This document shows positions 19,586 through 29,657 of a stretch of 64,000 bases of DNA, piece after piece. The stretch's first letter is position 1. Every line of letters starts with the position of its first letter. The translations under genes and the position numbers were made by a program. A model generated the notes under the pieces. It was not told the DNA's origin and ran no database searches. It worked only from the letters and a program-made list of their open reading frames with translations. This DNA comes from a virus (taxonomy: Duplodnaviria > Caudoviricetes): IMG/VR virus record IMGVR_UViG_3300020037_003256, positions 155,271 through 219,270 of that record; one strand, given 5' to 3'.

Positions 19586-19909
19586 TTATGTCTCCTTCGG
19601 CACGATAGCGTAGCCTTCGTAGCGGCAAAGCCAATCCACCGAACAACCCCAAGATAATTTATGTAACGCGATAAAGCACTCATCATGCGTGCCTTCTATG
19701 TTAATTGGTTTACCATCGCGTAAGACCTGGAACTTTTTAGGTGCGGGTTTAGGTACTAACCAGTACGTTGGTCCGCTTTTAGACCGGACAAGATAGTCTT
19801 CTAAGCGATACAACTGGCGAGCGTTTTCACGTGCATCGCACACAACATGCACGCTAGGTTCCGTACCTATCGTCACGCCCACGCTATCTGCCCATTCCTT
19901 AAGTGTCAT
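19586..19909 (-). CDS. Hypothetical protein
   Basis: ORF from MTLKEWAD; ATGA overlap. Confidence 0.6.
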   Translation of the reverse strand: MTLKEWADSVGVTIGTEPSVHVVCDARENARQLYRLEDYLVRSKSGPTYWLVPKPAPKKFQVLRDGKPINIEGTHDECFIALHKLSWGCSVDWLCRYEGYAIVPKET

Positions 19910-20067
19910 CTTTTTCCACGCCTCTTCTGATCTGTCTGGGTGGGCATGAACGGACCCAACCAGGCACCTACGAGCACAGGGACCAGCGGCCAAATAGACC
20001 CGACGACGAAGCAAGCAACTACGCTTGCAAGGAAAATAGTGCCCAACACGCCTTGCATGTTTCTCAT
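19906..20067 (-). CDS. Small membrane protein
   Basis: Hydrophobic ORF with basic C-terminus; ATGA overlap. Confidence 0.5.
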   Translation of the reverse strand: MRNMQGVLGTIFLASVVACFVVGSIWPLVPVLVGAWLGPFMPTQTDQKRRGKR

Positions 20068-20300
20068 GTATCGTCCTGTGTAGACATAGGCCACGGACGC
20101 GAAAGACCACGATCTGGGCTAGGTGATCCTTCGAGCTGCCGCAGCACGAGTTGTGATGGATTAGCTGGCGATTTGAGCGGAATGCTGTGCACCAGAAGTG
20201 CACTCACGTCTAAACGTGGACTAGGCCGAACAGGTTCATCTACCATACCATGTCGACGCATAAATACGGTAGGATTTCGTGAAAGGACAATGTTTACCAC
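20064..20300 (-). CDS. Hypothetical protein
   Basis: ORF fills the gap in the operon. Confidence 0.45.
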   Translation of the reverse strand: MVNIVLSRNPTVFMRRHGMVDEPVRPSPRLDVSALLVHSIPLKSPANPSQLVLRQLEGSPSPDRGLSRPWPMSTQDDT

Positions 20301-20303
20301 GAC

Positions 20304-20564
20304 TCACCTCAATAGTTGTACGTGTGGCGGACACGGTACATATTCGATATCGTTTTCGCTAGCCCCGATATGCTGGGTTATCGCCCACTTAGCCGCAGCG
20401 GTCCTTTCTTCAAGCGACCAGCTACGGACAGCCTGTTCGATGGCTGTGAGGTTTATTTCCAGCGAATTACCAGGTACTTTACAAACGTCCGTTAGCAACA
20501 GCAAATCCACTACGCGGTCTACGTAGTTACCTGCAGCTACAACGAGTTCATCTAAACTTACCAT
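20304..20564 (-). CDS. Hypothetical protein
   Basis: ORF from MVSLDEL, divergent from terminase. Confidence 0.5.
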   Translation of the reverse strand: MVSLDELVVAAGNYVDRVVDLLLLTDVCKVPGNSLEINLTAIEQAVRSWSLEERTAAAKWAITQHIGASENDIEYVPCPPHVQLLR

Positions 20565-20595
20565 AATAACCCCTATATGAGCCACGGAAGGTAAA

Positions 20596-22551
20596 ATGGC
20601 AAAAGCACCAAAAGGAATTGACCCCCACGACGACGATGCGAAGCAGGCGTTTACAGCGGAGTTGAAACAAACCGTACTGCAACGCGCACAGGGTCTGCAG
20701 AAAAACTTACCGAAGCTATCCGGGTTCGAAGATCCGGCTACGCGTGAGTTAATTATGACACAACGGGCCATGCGGCAATCTCGCATGGCTACGCTAAAAC
20801 CGTTATTACCGCTATTGCTGCGGTTAAAAGGACAACCGTATACGCTGCATAACTATTTTCCGTTTGAGCCGTTTTTCCGTACACGAATGCCAAAAACGGT
20901 TCTACTGAAGACTGGCCGTCAGGTGTCAAAGTCAACATCGCTAGCAGCCCAGGGCGTAGTGTTCTCTAACTCCATTCCGTTCTTCTCTACTCTATACGTC
21001 ACACCGTTGTTCGAAATGATCCGGCGATTTAGCCACAACTACGTTCGGCAGTTCTTAGAAGAATCGCCTGTCCGGAAGTTGTTTCTTGGCTCCAGCACCA
21101 TGAATAGCGTGCTGCAACGGACTTTCTTAAACGGGTCTGCTATGTATTTCTCGTACGCCTTCCTTGACGCGGAACGTACCCGCGGTATTCCAGCAGATAA
21201 AAACGTGATCGACGAAGTGCAGGATATGAACTACGACTTCCTGCAGATTATCCACGAAACACTTTCAGGTTCCCCATACGCGCTTAAACAGTACGCAGGT
21301 ACGCCTAAATCATTGGACAATACCATTGAGAAGCTTTGGCAGGATAGCTCTCAAGCCGAGTGGGTAATTCGCTGCCTACATGGCGAATGCGGACACTGGA
21401 ACGTCCCGTCAACCGAACACGATCTCATGGACATGATTGGGCCGGTACGTTCTGATATTTCCGAAAAAAACCCTGGTGTGGTTTGCGCTAAGTGCCGTAA
21501 ACCGTTAAACCCGCGTAGCGGTCGTTGGGTCCATCGGCACCCGGCACGTCGCTGGAGTCAAGTAGGCTATCACGTCCCGCAAATCATCATGCCCATGCAC
21601 TACGCATCACGCGAAAAATGGGCGACGTTGGTAGGTAAACATGAAGGACAATTCAGCACAACGCCTACTACGTTTTTGAACGAAGTGTGCGGTGAAAGCT
21701 GTGACGCAGGTTCTAAACTCGTAACCGTTACCGAAATCAAAGCAGCATGTGTATTGCCTTGGCGATGCAAGCTAGAAGCAGCCAAACCTCACCTCAAACG
21801 CTACACACGACGCATACTAGCAATCGACTGGGGTGGCGGTGGTGGTACTATCAACAAAGCAGGGTCAAAGAGCGGGGATCAGAAACGAGAGCGTACAAGT
21901 TTCACGACGTATGCCGTACTGGGTATGCTGCCAGACGGCAAAATAGATACGATCTGGGGCTTTCGCTCACTTCGCACCCACGACTGGGAATACGAAGCCG
22001 CATTAGCCATTGAGATAATGGGGGAACTGAAATGCTCGCACATAGCCCACGACTACAACGGCGCTGGAGCTGGTAGACTGATCTTCCTCTATCAGGCCGG
22101 AATCCCCGCTGCGAACATTATCAACATTCGCTACCAGGGCTTCGGACATAACATTATGAACTTCCACGAAGCGACAGACGATCACCCGGTTGATTGGTAC
22201 GCTTTGGATAAATCTCGATCATTGGTGACTATGTGTATGTGTATCAAATACGGGATGCTCCGTTTCTTCGAGTACGATTACGTTTCTGCAGACCAACCTG
22301 GTCTACTTGAAGACTTTCTAGCTTTGATTGAAGAAAAAACAGAAAGTCGTCTTGGCTCGGATGCTTACGTGATTACACGTAACCCAAACAAACCAGACGA
22401 CTTCGCTCAAGCGGTTAACATCGGCGTATGCACTTTGTGGCAGATGACCGGACGATGGCCGAACATTGCGGAAGCGGCCAAGTTTAAGATCTCAGAAAGC
22501 GCTATACGCCATATCAGCCCAATGCGAAAAGTAGACTGGGACGATATCTAG
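20596..22551 (+). CDS. terL: Terminase large subunit (GpA-like)
   Basis: KTGRQVSKST Walker A, VIDEVQD Walker B, GTPKS motif III, zinc cluster C..C...CAKC, IDWGGG nuclease domain, PDDFAQA. Confidence 0.88.
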   Translation: MAKAPKGIDPHDDDAKQAFTAELKQTVLQRAQGLQKNLPKLSGFEDPATRELIMTQRAMRQSRMATLKPLLPLLLRLKGQPYTLHNYFPFEPFFRTRMPKTVLLKTGRQVSKSTSLAAQGVVFSNSIPFFSTLYVTPLFEMIRRFSHNYVRQFLEESPVRKLFLGSSTMNSVLQRTFLNGSAMYFSYAFLDAERTRGIPADKNVIDEVQDMNYDFLQIIHETLSGSPYALKQYAGTPKSLDNTIEKLWQDSSQAEWVIRCLHGECGHWNVPSTEHDLMDMIGPVRSDISEKNPGVVCAKCRKPLNPRSGRWVHRHPARRWSQVGYHVPQIIMPMHYASREKWATLVGKHEGQFSTTPTTFLNEVCGESCDAGSKLVTVTEIKAACVLPWRCKLEAAKPHLKRYTRRILAIDWGGGGGTINKAGSKSGDQKRERTSFTTYAVLGMLPDGKIDTIWGFRSLRTHDWEYEAALAIEIMGELKCSHIAHDYNGAGAGRLIFLYQAGIPAANIINIRYQGFGHNIMNFHEATDDHPVDWYALDKSRSLVTMCMCIKYGMLRFFEYDYVSADQPGLLEDFLALIEEKTESRLGSDAYVITRNPNKPDDFAQAVNIGVCTLWQMTGRWPNIAEAAKFKISESAIRHISPMRKVDWDDI

Positions 22552-22562
22552 TAGACCCGGAT

Positions 22563-23228
22563 CTACTCTTTTGGTTTCTTGCCGATGAACTCTTCCCACA
22601 GTTCAATTACGGCGAGTTTAAAGTCACCAAATAGCATTCCGGTCCCTTCCTTCTGATACCAGTCTTGGTACTGTGTGTAGAAGTCGTACTGTTGGCAGAA
22701 CTCGGGAATCTCAAGTAAGGCGTCGTGAAATACGCCTGCTTGTGCTTCCCGTTCTTGTTGCGTCGCGGCGAACATCTGACGGAAGAACCCGATCGCATTT
22801 TGTCGGCTGTCCGTGTTACACGGTATCACAATTGTGGGCAACGCAAGCTTAGCCCATCCGTTCAGCTTAACGGTAAATCCGTCTGCTTTCTCCAAAGAGT
22901 TTACCCAACGCGCCGTAATCGACCAAGGGGTATGTGGGATTTCGATAGGCAGCAACCATGTGTGCGTAAAGAACTCGCGACAATCCGTATACACAATTGG
23001 CGGTGCCGGTGATTCTGAGTTTTCCTCGTCGTCTCCTGTCTCCGCTTCTGGTTTTTCCTGCGGCACAAGCTGTACGCTGATAGTATCTGCACCCGTACTA
23101 GTCACCTTGACCTCCTGGCTCTGAATTCGCAGGGTCACGGTGTCTTCTTTTTCGGTCAGAATCTTGAAAGCCAGACCAGTGTAATGCGACCAGGTACTCA
23201 GGTTATCGACAGCTTCTTTCATATTCAT
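22563..23228 (-). CDS. Hypothetical protein
   Basis: 221-aa ORF with SD. Confidence 0.65.
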   Translation of the reverse strand: MNMKEAVDNLSTWSHYTGLAFKILTEKEDTVTLRIQSQEVKVTSTGADTISVQLVPQEKPEAETGDDEENSESPAPPIVYTDCREFFTHTWLLPIEIPHTPWSITARWVNSLEKADGFTVKLNGWAKLALPTIVIPCNTDSRQNAIGFFRQMFAATQQEREAQAGVFHDALLEIPEFCQQYDFYTQYQDWYQKEGTGMLFGDFKLAVIELWEEFIGKKPKE

Positions 23229-24007
23229 TTCGTGTCTCCTTCAGAGAATTCTTTAATTAGTTCGCGTATCTTACGCTGTGCGTTTTTGCGCAAGCTGGTT
23301 TCTAGTTTCTTGGCAAGGTACGCAGCAATTCTGACTTGATCGGCTCGCAACTGCATTTGCCCAATAGCGTCCGTACGCTGTGGGCTTTCCATAAACTGTT
23401 TGTACAAATTATCGGAGCTTTGTTCCGCCCAGGACGTAAAGCTGTCCAAAGGCAAGATACCTTCTTCCCACGGTAGCAACGAAAAACTTTTCGCGGCCAC
23501 GGTAAGCATCTCGAACAGTATCTTCCACGCATCCCATACATGCTCAGGGAAGAACAGCTTACCCGTATTGACTTGCATGCCCGACTCCGCAAACAAGTCT
23601 GTCTTACCTGCCGCGTTAGGTCGAACACCAACAAAACCCGCAAAACGTACGGTGTACGGCGAGTCTTCTTCTGGCGTATCTGTATCTTCGTCCATATGGC
23701 TGTTAGTAGTAACGACGATACCGTTTAGATTGGCGTAAGCAGACCAACGTGTGCCGTCGCACCCGCCATGATAAGCGAACCCGTTTTCGGCCTTGGTGAT
23801 GATCTTCTTGAAGATCGCCATTACGTCTTGTTCGCTATACCCGGCATCGCTAGCGTATTTTCGAACCTTTGCAGCCATTTCTTTGCGTGTTTCGTCGGGA
23901 CGACAGGCACGCATTGCGTTTGCCAACAACTCACAGCCGCGGGCACGTTCTGTCACGCAAATCACGTCGAGCAGCACTTGATTACGCCGCATTAACGAGA
24001 TGTCCAT
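23225..24007 (-). CDS. Hypothetical protein
   Basis: 260-aa ORF with AGGAG SD. Confidence 0.65.
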   Translation of the reverse strand: MDISLMRRNQVLLDVICVTERARGCELLANAMRACRPDETRKEMAAKVRKYASDAGYSEQDVMAIFKKIITKAENGFAYHGGCDGTRWSAYANLNGIVVTTNSHMDEDTDTPEEDSPYTVRFAGFVGVRPNAAGKTDLFAESGMQVNTGKLFFPEHVWDAWKILFEMLTVAAKSFSLLPWEEGILPLDSFTSWAEQSSDNLYKQFMESPQRTDAIGQMQLRADQVRIAAYLAKKLETSLRKNAQRKIRELIKEFSEGDTK

Positions 24008-24015
24008 AGGAACTC

Positions 24016-24228
24016 CTAGGTTACTTCAAACTCTACCTTTTGCACCCGGGCCGCGCTGATCGCGTCGACTAACAACGTGTGCAGCCTTTCGAATTCTTTC
24101 TCGCTAGGCTCTGGCGGTTGCCCAAAGAACAATTCTCGAACCTCGGAACAGTTCGACAACGCAAACGAGACAGTTCTGCGAAGACTTTCCAAATCTTGCA
24201 CAGAAACGTTAAACGTAGTTTTGGACAT
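24016..24228 (-). CDS. Hypothetical protein
   Basis: Start MSKTTF with GGAG SD, after a terminator. Confidence 0.55.
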   Translation of the reverse strand: MSKTTFNVSVQDLESLRRTVSFALSNCSEVRELFFGQPPEPSEKEFERLHTLLVDAISAARVQKVEFEVT

Positions 24229-24240
24229 TACAATCTCCAT

Positions 24241-24279
24241 AAATAAAAATACCCCAAGCAAGTCATATTGCTTGGGGTA
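24241..24279 (-). terminator. Intrinsic terminator
   Basis: 12-bp stem taccccaagcaa/ttgcttggggta followed by TTTTTATTT. Confidence 0.8.
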
Positions 24280-24294
24280 CACGCCAGGAACAAT

Positions 24295-25917
24295 TCAACG
24301 CGACTTAGCAGCTTCTAAATCCGCCATCGTTTTAGCGAAGTTTATAATCTGTCTATGCCAGGCAGGCTCGACTACAAGCTTGGCCCCAGGACGCTTGGCA
24401 ACTAGGACCATTTCCAAAGCCTCTGAAAACGATTCAGCAAAGTCTCGGATGCTCGTTTCGAACGGAATTGTAGTACCTTCGTAGATAAGCCTACAACGAT
24501 AATAGGGCACCTTATCATCTACACCACGTAACTTCTTCATAAACGTGGAATCTATGCGTAACAACGCGTTTAACACCATATGCGGTTCTTGTCTCGCTTT
24601 AGCTCCCCACGTTTTGTTATCCAACTCCGAGAGCGTGCAATCGCTCATAGTTATTGACGGTACAGGTGCCTTCTCTTCGGCGGCTAACCTTGCGAAACGG
24701 CCACCAACGGACTGCAGCGTGTCTGTGGATACGCCGTACGCACGCAAACTAAGTATCAGATCTTCTATTACTCCGTCTTCTTGCGTCTGGTTTGCCCACC
24801 GCCGCAGATACTCTTTCCAGGGCATAGCGCGTTTAATCACACGCTGGATGATTGTTCGCGGCTCTGCGTTTCGTACGAAATGGTCAATACGGCTCTGCGA
24901 CATATCTGCAAGTGGTGTAATACTTAGCTCACCGTTACTGGTTATGGCCTGATACGCAAGTGACGGTGTAAGCCGCCAACCCCATAGAACTGGCGTACGG
25001 TTTTCGATAGAAGCCCATGCGTTTTCGGTTAAGTACCCTAACTCGTCTAGGTAGGATACCAAGGGCAGCGCGTTTCGGGATGTTGCGAAATGACGTATAT
25101 GCAAACGCAAAGCAAACATCACGTCACTAACAACTACAAGCTTTCTGTCGAACATACCGTACGAATGTTCTACGGCCCAGTAGCACCCAAGACCGCCTTC
25201 CTTGCCGCCGTTACGTGTCGACGGTATCGTAGCCTTAAATCTACGGTCTTTCTCGGTAGCGTGCCGGCCTACAAACAGGAAACCACAAATACGTCCGGGT
25301 AGATCGTGGTGTGGAGTTACTAGGACCGTGGACCATTTGCCGCCTGTAAATATCCGGGAGCTAGAAACGGCACGATTTCCAATAACAGAACTAGGCGAGA
25401 ACGTACGCTCGATACCCACCTGCGTATACGCGCCTAGCATATTGCCTGGACCGTCTTTCCAGCGTTCTCGCGACATTTGCGAGGCCAAGCGAAACTTTTC
25501 ACGGTATATAGTTAACAACGGATCTGGCTGTGTTATGTAGAAATCCTGCGATTTACGCCACAACTCTCTGACCTTTTCCCGTTTCGCCGGGTGACCCTTT
25601 ATGTACCTAGCAACTTTGGTAGCCGTTATCTCTGAAGCCTTTAAGGGAAACCCGCGTTTTACAAGACGCCGGATTGCAACAGGTACCGTAACGTTCCAGG
25701 CCGTAGCCACGAGTTCCACCATGTCCCCCGTCTTATGGCAATCAAAACAGTAGTGCCAACTGCCACCAGAGATGGTATCCTTGTAAATTGTCAGTTTAGA
25801 ACCGTTGCAAAGCGGACAACGTACACGAGCAGGCAATATACGACTCGTAGTCGGAACACCTACGGCGTTTAATACTTCCGTCCAAGGGCAGTGGACATTT
25901 AGAGTTCGGAGTAACAT
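24295..25917 (-). CDS. Primase-like protein with N-terminal CHC2-type zinc finger
   Basis: RCPLC...WHYCFDCHKTGDMVEL...AIRRL; no clear TOPRIM DxD. Confidence 0.6.
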   Translation of the reverse strand: MLLRTLNVHCPWTEVLNAVGVPTTSRILPARVRCPLCNGSKLTIYKDTISGGSWHYCFDCHKTGDMVELVATAWNVTVPVAIRRLVKRGFPLKASEITATKVARYIKGHPAKREKVRELWRKSQDFYITQPDPLLTIYREKFRLASQMSRERWKDGPGNMLGAYTQVGIERTFSPSSVIGNRAVSSSRIFTGGKWSTVLVTPHHDLPGRICGFLFVGRHATEKDRRFKATIPSTRNGGKEGGLGCYWAVEHSYGMFDRKLVVVSDVMFALRLHIRHFATSRNALPLVSYLDELGYLTENAWASIENRTPVLWGWRLTPSLAYQAITSNGELSITPLADMSQSRIDHFVRNAEPRTIIQRVIKRAMPWKEYLRRWANQTQEDGVIEDLILSLRAYGVSTDTLQSVGGRFARLAAEEKAPVPSITMSDCTLSELDNKTWGAKARQEPHMVLNALLRIDSTFMKKLRGVDDKVPYYRCRLIYEGTTIPFETSIRDFAESFSEALEMVLVAKRPGAKLVVEPAWHRQIINFAKTMADLEAAKSR

Positions 25918-27144
25918 ATGACTTCCATGGACCACATTTCGGACGTACAGAACGGTGGACGCGAACTCTACCGTTTCTCTACGATGTACACGTTTCCCGA
26001 TTTCGTTAAATCCGCGGAAACTGCTGTTAGTTTGGCCGTTCCACCAGGCACGCCGCTAAGCGCATGTGCCGATCCGGTGCGTAAGCAGTTTTGGTGCCAC
26101 ACCAAAGCGGCGTGCTGGTTAAGCCACCTTTACTTCCACGAGAAGAAAGCTGAGTTCCATCCAAAAGAGCGGCAAAGAATCGCAGAACGTTTGGCCTCTT
26201 ACGCCGCACAGTGGAAGATCAAGGACGCATGCGACGCCATTGTCGCTCGCTGGCAGCAGTTGCACAAGTCCGCAGAGGATAATTTACCTGACTCGACTTT
26301 TGCCTACGTGTGGGTAGGCGAAGACGGTACCAAGGTCCGGCAGTATCCTTTACGGTCCGCTGGGGAGGTCAAAGCTGCCGCAGAGTGGTTGCACCAGTAC
26401 CGAGATGATATTCCTTACAAAACCAGAAATACCATAGCGGTTAAGATTTTGGAAAAAGCTGCGTCATTTGGGGCTAATATCAAACCGCACGCAGAGTTTC
26501 TGGAAAAGCAAGCAGGCCATGGCGTATGTGATCCTGACGCCGTGGTTAGCCTAATTCGTAACCGTGCTCTATTGGTTCCACCTGACGCTGGTGTTCAGTA
26601 TGACGCCGAAGGACGACCTAGCGGCGGCTTACGCGAACACTTCATGAAGATGGCTTCTACGGTCAAAGACACAGCACGGATCGCTTTGCAGCCCGATATG
26701 TTAGTGAAACTGGCTTCGACACTAGACCAGCTTGACCGCAATTTGGGGCTTGTAGGGAAATACACGGAAAGCATTCCACGTCCGGAAGACGTGATCTTCA
26801 GTGCTACTTTTAACAAGACGGCATCCGAGTTGGCTCGACACGTAGCTACTACTTCCGGCAAGTATTACGAAAAAGCTGCTTTCAAGAATCTGTCTCTTTC
26901 GGATATTGGGTCCTTGCTGGGGGACGAGTTTGTGGATCGGGTCAAGGGTCCGCTGGGCACGATTGACCCGGAAAAGATGGCGGAAGAGGTGTCTACATTG
27001 CCGCGACCTGATGCTGAATTACTAGACGGATTACTAAGCGAGAATGGCATTGTCCCGGCTATGCGGAAAGCAGCATCCGCCAAGCAAGGACTGACTACGC
27101 AACAGATGGAACAGATCGCAGCGCAATATGCGGGAGTACGTTAA
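25918..27144 (+). CDS. KxA-motif-rich protein, probably virion/head associated
   Basis: 408-aa ORF with GGAG SD and many K-x-A-[S/E/G/A] motifs. Confidence 0.6.
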   Translation: MTSMDHISDVQNGGRELYRFSTMYTFPDFVKSAETAVSLAVPPGTPLSACADPVRKQFWCHTKAACWLSHLYFHEKKAEFHPKERQRIAERLASYAAQWKIKDACDAIVARWQQLHKSAEDNLPDSTFAYVWVGEDGTKVRQYPLRSAGEVKAAAEWLHQYRDDIPYKTRNTIAVKILEKAASFGANIKPHAEFLEKQAGHGVCDPDAVVSLIRNRALLVPPDAGVQYDAEGRPSGGLREHFMKMASTVKDTARIALQPDMLVKLASTLDQLDRNLGLVGKYTESIPRPEDVIFSATFNKTASELARHVATTSGKYYEKAAFKNLSLSDIGSLLGDEFVDRVKGPLGTIDPEKMAEEVSTLPRPDAELLDGLLSENGIVPAMRKAASAKQGLTTQQMEQIAAQYAGVR

Positions 27145-27503
27145 ATTACGTGCGAGGTGTCCAACACTTCGCTGTCTACTGTCTTCAGCAATTGTTCTAG
27201 GGCTTCGTACACTTTACCCTTTCGTGTGCGGAGCCCTTCTTTTACTTCTTTAACCACGTCAGCCATCTTTTTCTTGCTGTTCATTTTCCAATCATTTGCA
27301 AGAACCACACGGCTTCTCGGACTTGCAAATACAAGAACGCGGCGAAAGGCTACATCGCCAACACGATCTGTTGTTGCGGTTTGCAATGTAACTACCGGTC
27401 CCTTGTCTTTCTTCTCGTAGTCCAGGCTGACACTGACTATGTCGTGCGGTGTTTTGGCCACAGTGAATGGTTTTACCTGTAAGTCTACATGAAGTACGGA
27501 CAT
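27141..27503 (-). CDS. Hypothetical protein
   Basis: AAGGAG SD. Confidence 0.6.
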   Translation of the reverse strand: MSVLHVDLQVKPFTVAKTPHDIVSVSLDYEKKDKGPVVTLQTATTDRVGDVAFRRVLVFASPRSRVVLANDWKMNSKKKMADVVKEVKEGLRTRKGKVYEALEQLLKTVDSEVLDTSHVI

Positions 27504-27515
27504 AGTTGCTCCTTG

Positions 27516-27707
27516 TTAAATACCTATACGATTTTTGAACATCTGCATTGCCCGATCGCTGCTGCCGATTATGCGGCAGAAGTGCGTCGGCATGTTTCGC
27601 TTCACACGATCACGTATGTATTTCTGGCACTGATACCGCGTACCTTCTACGAGTACGTGGACCTTGTTAGAGATCGAAATAGATACCACCAAATGCGTTG
27701 ATTTCAT
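27516..27707 (-). CDS. Hypothetical protein
   Basis: 63-aa ORF in operon. Confidence 0.5.
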   Translation of the reverse strand: MKSTHLVVSISISNKVHVLVEGTRYQCQKYIRDRVKRNMPTHFCRIIGSSDRAMQMFKNRIGI

Positions 27708-27716
27708 TGTGGTGAA

Positions 27717-28193
27717 CTACCCCGCGTCTATGGCATTAGGAAGTGTGAGGCGTATTCTCCGTTCCTCTTTCCACGGGAGATTCATACCGGTTCTGAGATG
27801 GAACACAAGACAACCACGCTTCATATGCGCTTCAGGGTCCTGACATATGAAGTCTTCCACTGCGACTACGGCCTGCGGTGCATTATCTGCTGGAACAACG
27901 GATTTGACATCGAAATCTGTTTCCAGCGATGCTCCGTGGCTGGTTTCTACGTACGTCTTTTCTACATAAGTTATAATGACATAAGCAGGAGACAGTATGC
28001 TGCTCTGCAGTAGTGCAATGTCGTCCTTAGGTAGACTCGGATCGTTAGCCTTATATTTGTCGATAATGACGCGCATTCTGGCCAACAAGTTACACGTACG
28101 TCGCATAACATCAACCTGAAGCTCCCGCGGTTTGATCTCTGCAATCAGCTTATTCAGGTTATTAAGCTTTCGTTCGTACTCTGTGATATTCAC
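27717..28193 (-). CDS. Hypothetical protein, paralogue of 28196..28738
   Basis: Shared C-terminus GCLV..L.(T/S)G....WKE.R.I. Confidence 0.65.
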   Translation of the reverse strand: MNITEYERKLNNLNKLIAEIKPRELQVDVMRRTCNLLARMRVIIDKYKANDPSLPKDDIALLQSSILSPAYVIITYVEKTYVETSHGASLETDFDVKSVVPADNAPQAVVAVEDFICQDPEAHMKRGCLVFHLRTGMNLPWKEERRIRLTLPNAIDAG

Positions 28194-28195
28194 GG

Positions 28196-28738
28196 TTATT
28201 CCTCGTTATTAGTCGTGTTCTGCATCTCTATGAAACGTACCTCTTTCCATGCGATTGATTTGCCGCTAAGCAAAGAAACGACCAGGCACCCATGTGAGTA
28301 ACCAGGCTCCCAGGATCTGCATATGTGCTTCGTGACGAGCGCTTTAGCGATGTCAAAGGTTTCCGCGGACATTTGGAAAAAGTCCGGGTTTACGTGTATG
28401 ACCTCTTCATCCGCGTGGTTATAGCTTCGGAGGAATGGGAGCACAATAAAACGTCCGGACAGGATACTGCTCCAGAGAGGTTCGATCCCTGTCACTATAC
28501 CTTGCTCTAACGTTCGAATCATTTCTTCGAGCGGCTGTAGGAACATGTCGAGGTAACGCCGCATGGGCTGTTCTAGCACGTACGGTAACCCGTCTATGTA
28601 CTTTTCAAGCTTCGTCTTCTTGTCTCGATATTGTTTGGCGACATGTGCGAAACGCATAGCAGTCTCCTTGGATGCACCAAATGGATAGGTAAACGAAGAA
28701 ACGGCACTGATACGCGACCAGTGCCGTTTACGCGTCAC
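28196..28738 (-). CDS. Hypothetical protein, paralogue of 27717..28193
   Basis: GCLVVSLLSGKSIAWKEVRFI. Confidence 0.65.
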   Translation of the reverse strand: MTRKRHWSRISAVSSFTYPFGASKETAMRFAHVAKQYRDKKTKLEKYIDGLPYVLEQPMRRYLDMFLQPLEEMIRTLEQGIVTGIEPLWSSILSGRFIVLPFLRSYNHADEEVIHVNPDFFQMSAETFDIAKALVTKHICRSWEPGYSHGCLVVSLLSGKSIAWKEVRFIEMQNTTNNEE

Positions 28739-28751
28739 AGTAAGTTAAACG

Positions 28752-29657
28752 TTACAGCCGTTCCAGTATGTCAGCGTACTCTGCGGTCATGCCCATTAGT
28801 GTTGGTAACAAGTGTAGGCGATTTGCTTTGATCCACGAGAGTGCGTTCTCGACGTCAATTTCGCACCCGAAGCCCATCTCCTTTTCGGTGCTGTTGACGT
28901 ACGATCGTACGTATCCAAGCGTGCTGGTTACGCCCGGTTTCTTCCCGTCGAAGAACTTCGCCACGTTGTCCGACATGACTTCGTGTTTGAATCCTTCGTC
29001 AGCAAGTTGAAGAATGTCTTCATCGCTTGCTTGTGCAAACCAATCCTGGCATTCAAATGACGAACACGTGTGGTGATCGTCCGAACGGACCATTGCAGCA
29101 ATAGGCTGGAATACCGTTGGGCGCTTCACTTCTTCTGTCGCAGGTACAGCTAACGTTTCCGCTTGCGGTACTTCGATGTTCGCCGGCGCGGTAGTCGTAC
29201 TTGGCGGTACTACCACTTCCGTTGGCACCGATAACGTTTCGGGTTGGTTTTTCGGTGCCTCACCTTCTCGCTGCAATTTGGCTTTCACGGCAACTGTGAC
29301 TTGCTTGTCTTTCGAAGTCGCCAAGCGAAAAGCAACAGTCGCCAGTGTGTAACCTGGGGGGCATACAGCGGCAGCTGCATCACTAGCAATCCGCTTAGGC
29401 GGACAGTCGCTGTGCAGTAGATCGATAAAGTCGTAGGTCATGAAGAACTCGACCTGCAGACTACGGCGAGCCAAAGTAGCCAGTTTCTTTTCTGTCATTT
29501 TTCCGTTGGGCTTTAAGGTAACCGGTCCCTCTGGTACCACGGGCGTAGCGGTTTGCGTTACTGGTGGTGTTGTCGTATCCGGTGTCTTCACTTTAGGTTC
29601 TTTCTTGCTGATCTTTTTGTCGGTCTTCTTGCTGATTGCTTTTTTGCTCTTCGCCAT
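28752..29657 (-). CDS. Hypothetical protein with Lys-rich N-terminus
   Basis: MAKSKKAISKKTDKKISKK; Pro/Thr-rich linkers. Confidence 0.65.
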   Translation of the reverse strand: MAKSKKAISKKTDKKISKKEPKVKTPDTTTPPVTQTATPVVPEGPVTLKPNGKMTEKKLATLARRSLQVEFFMTYDFIDLLHSDCPPKRIASDAAAAVCPPGYTLATVAFRLATSKDKQVTVAVKAKLQREGEAPKNQPETLSVPTEVVVPPSTTTAPANIEVPQAETLAVPATEEVKRPTVFQPIAAMVRSDDHHTCSSFECQDWFAQASDEDILQLADEGFKHEVMSDNVAKFFDGKKPGVTSTLGYVRSYVNSTEKEMGFGCEIDVENALSWIKANRLHLLPTLMGMTAEYADILERL

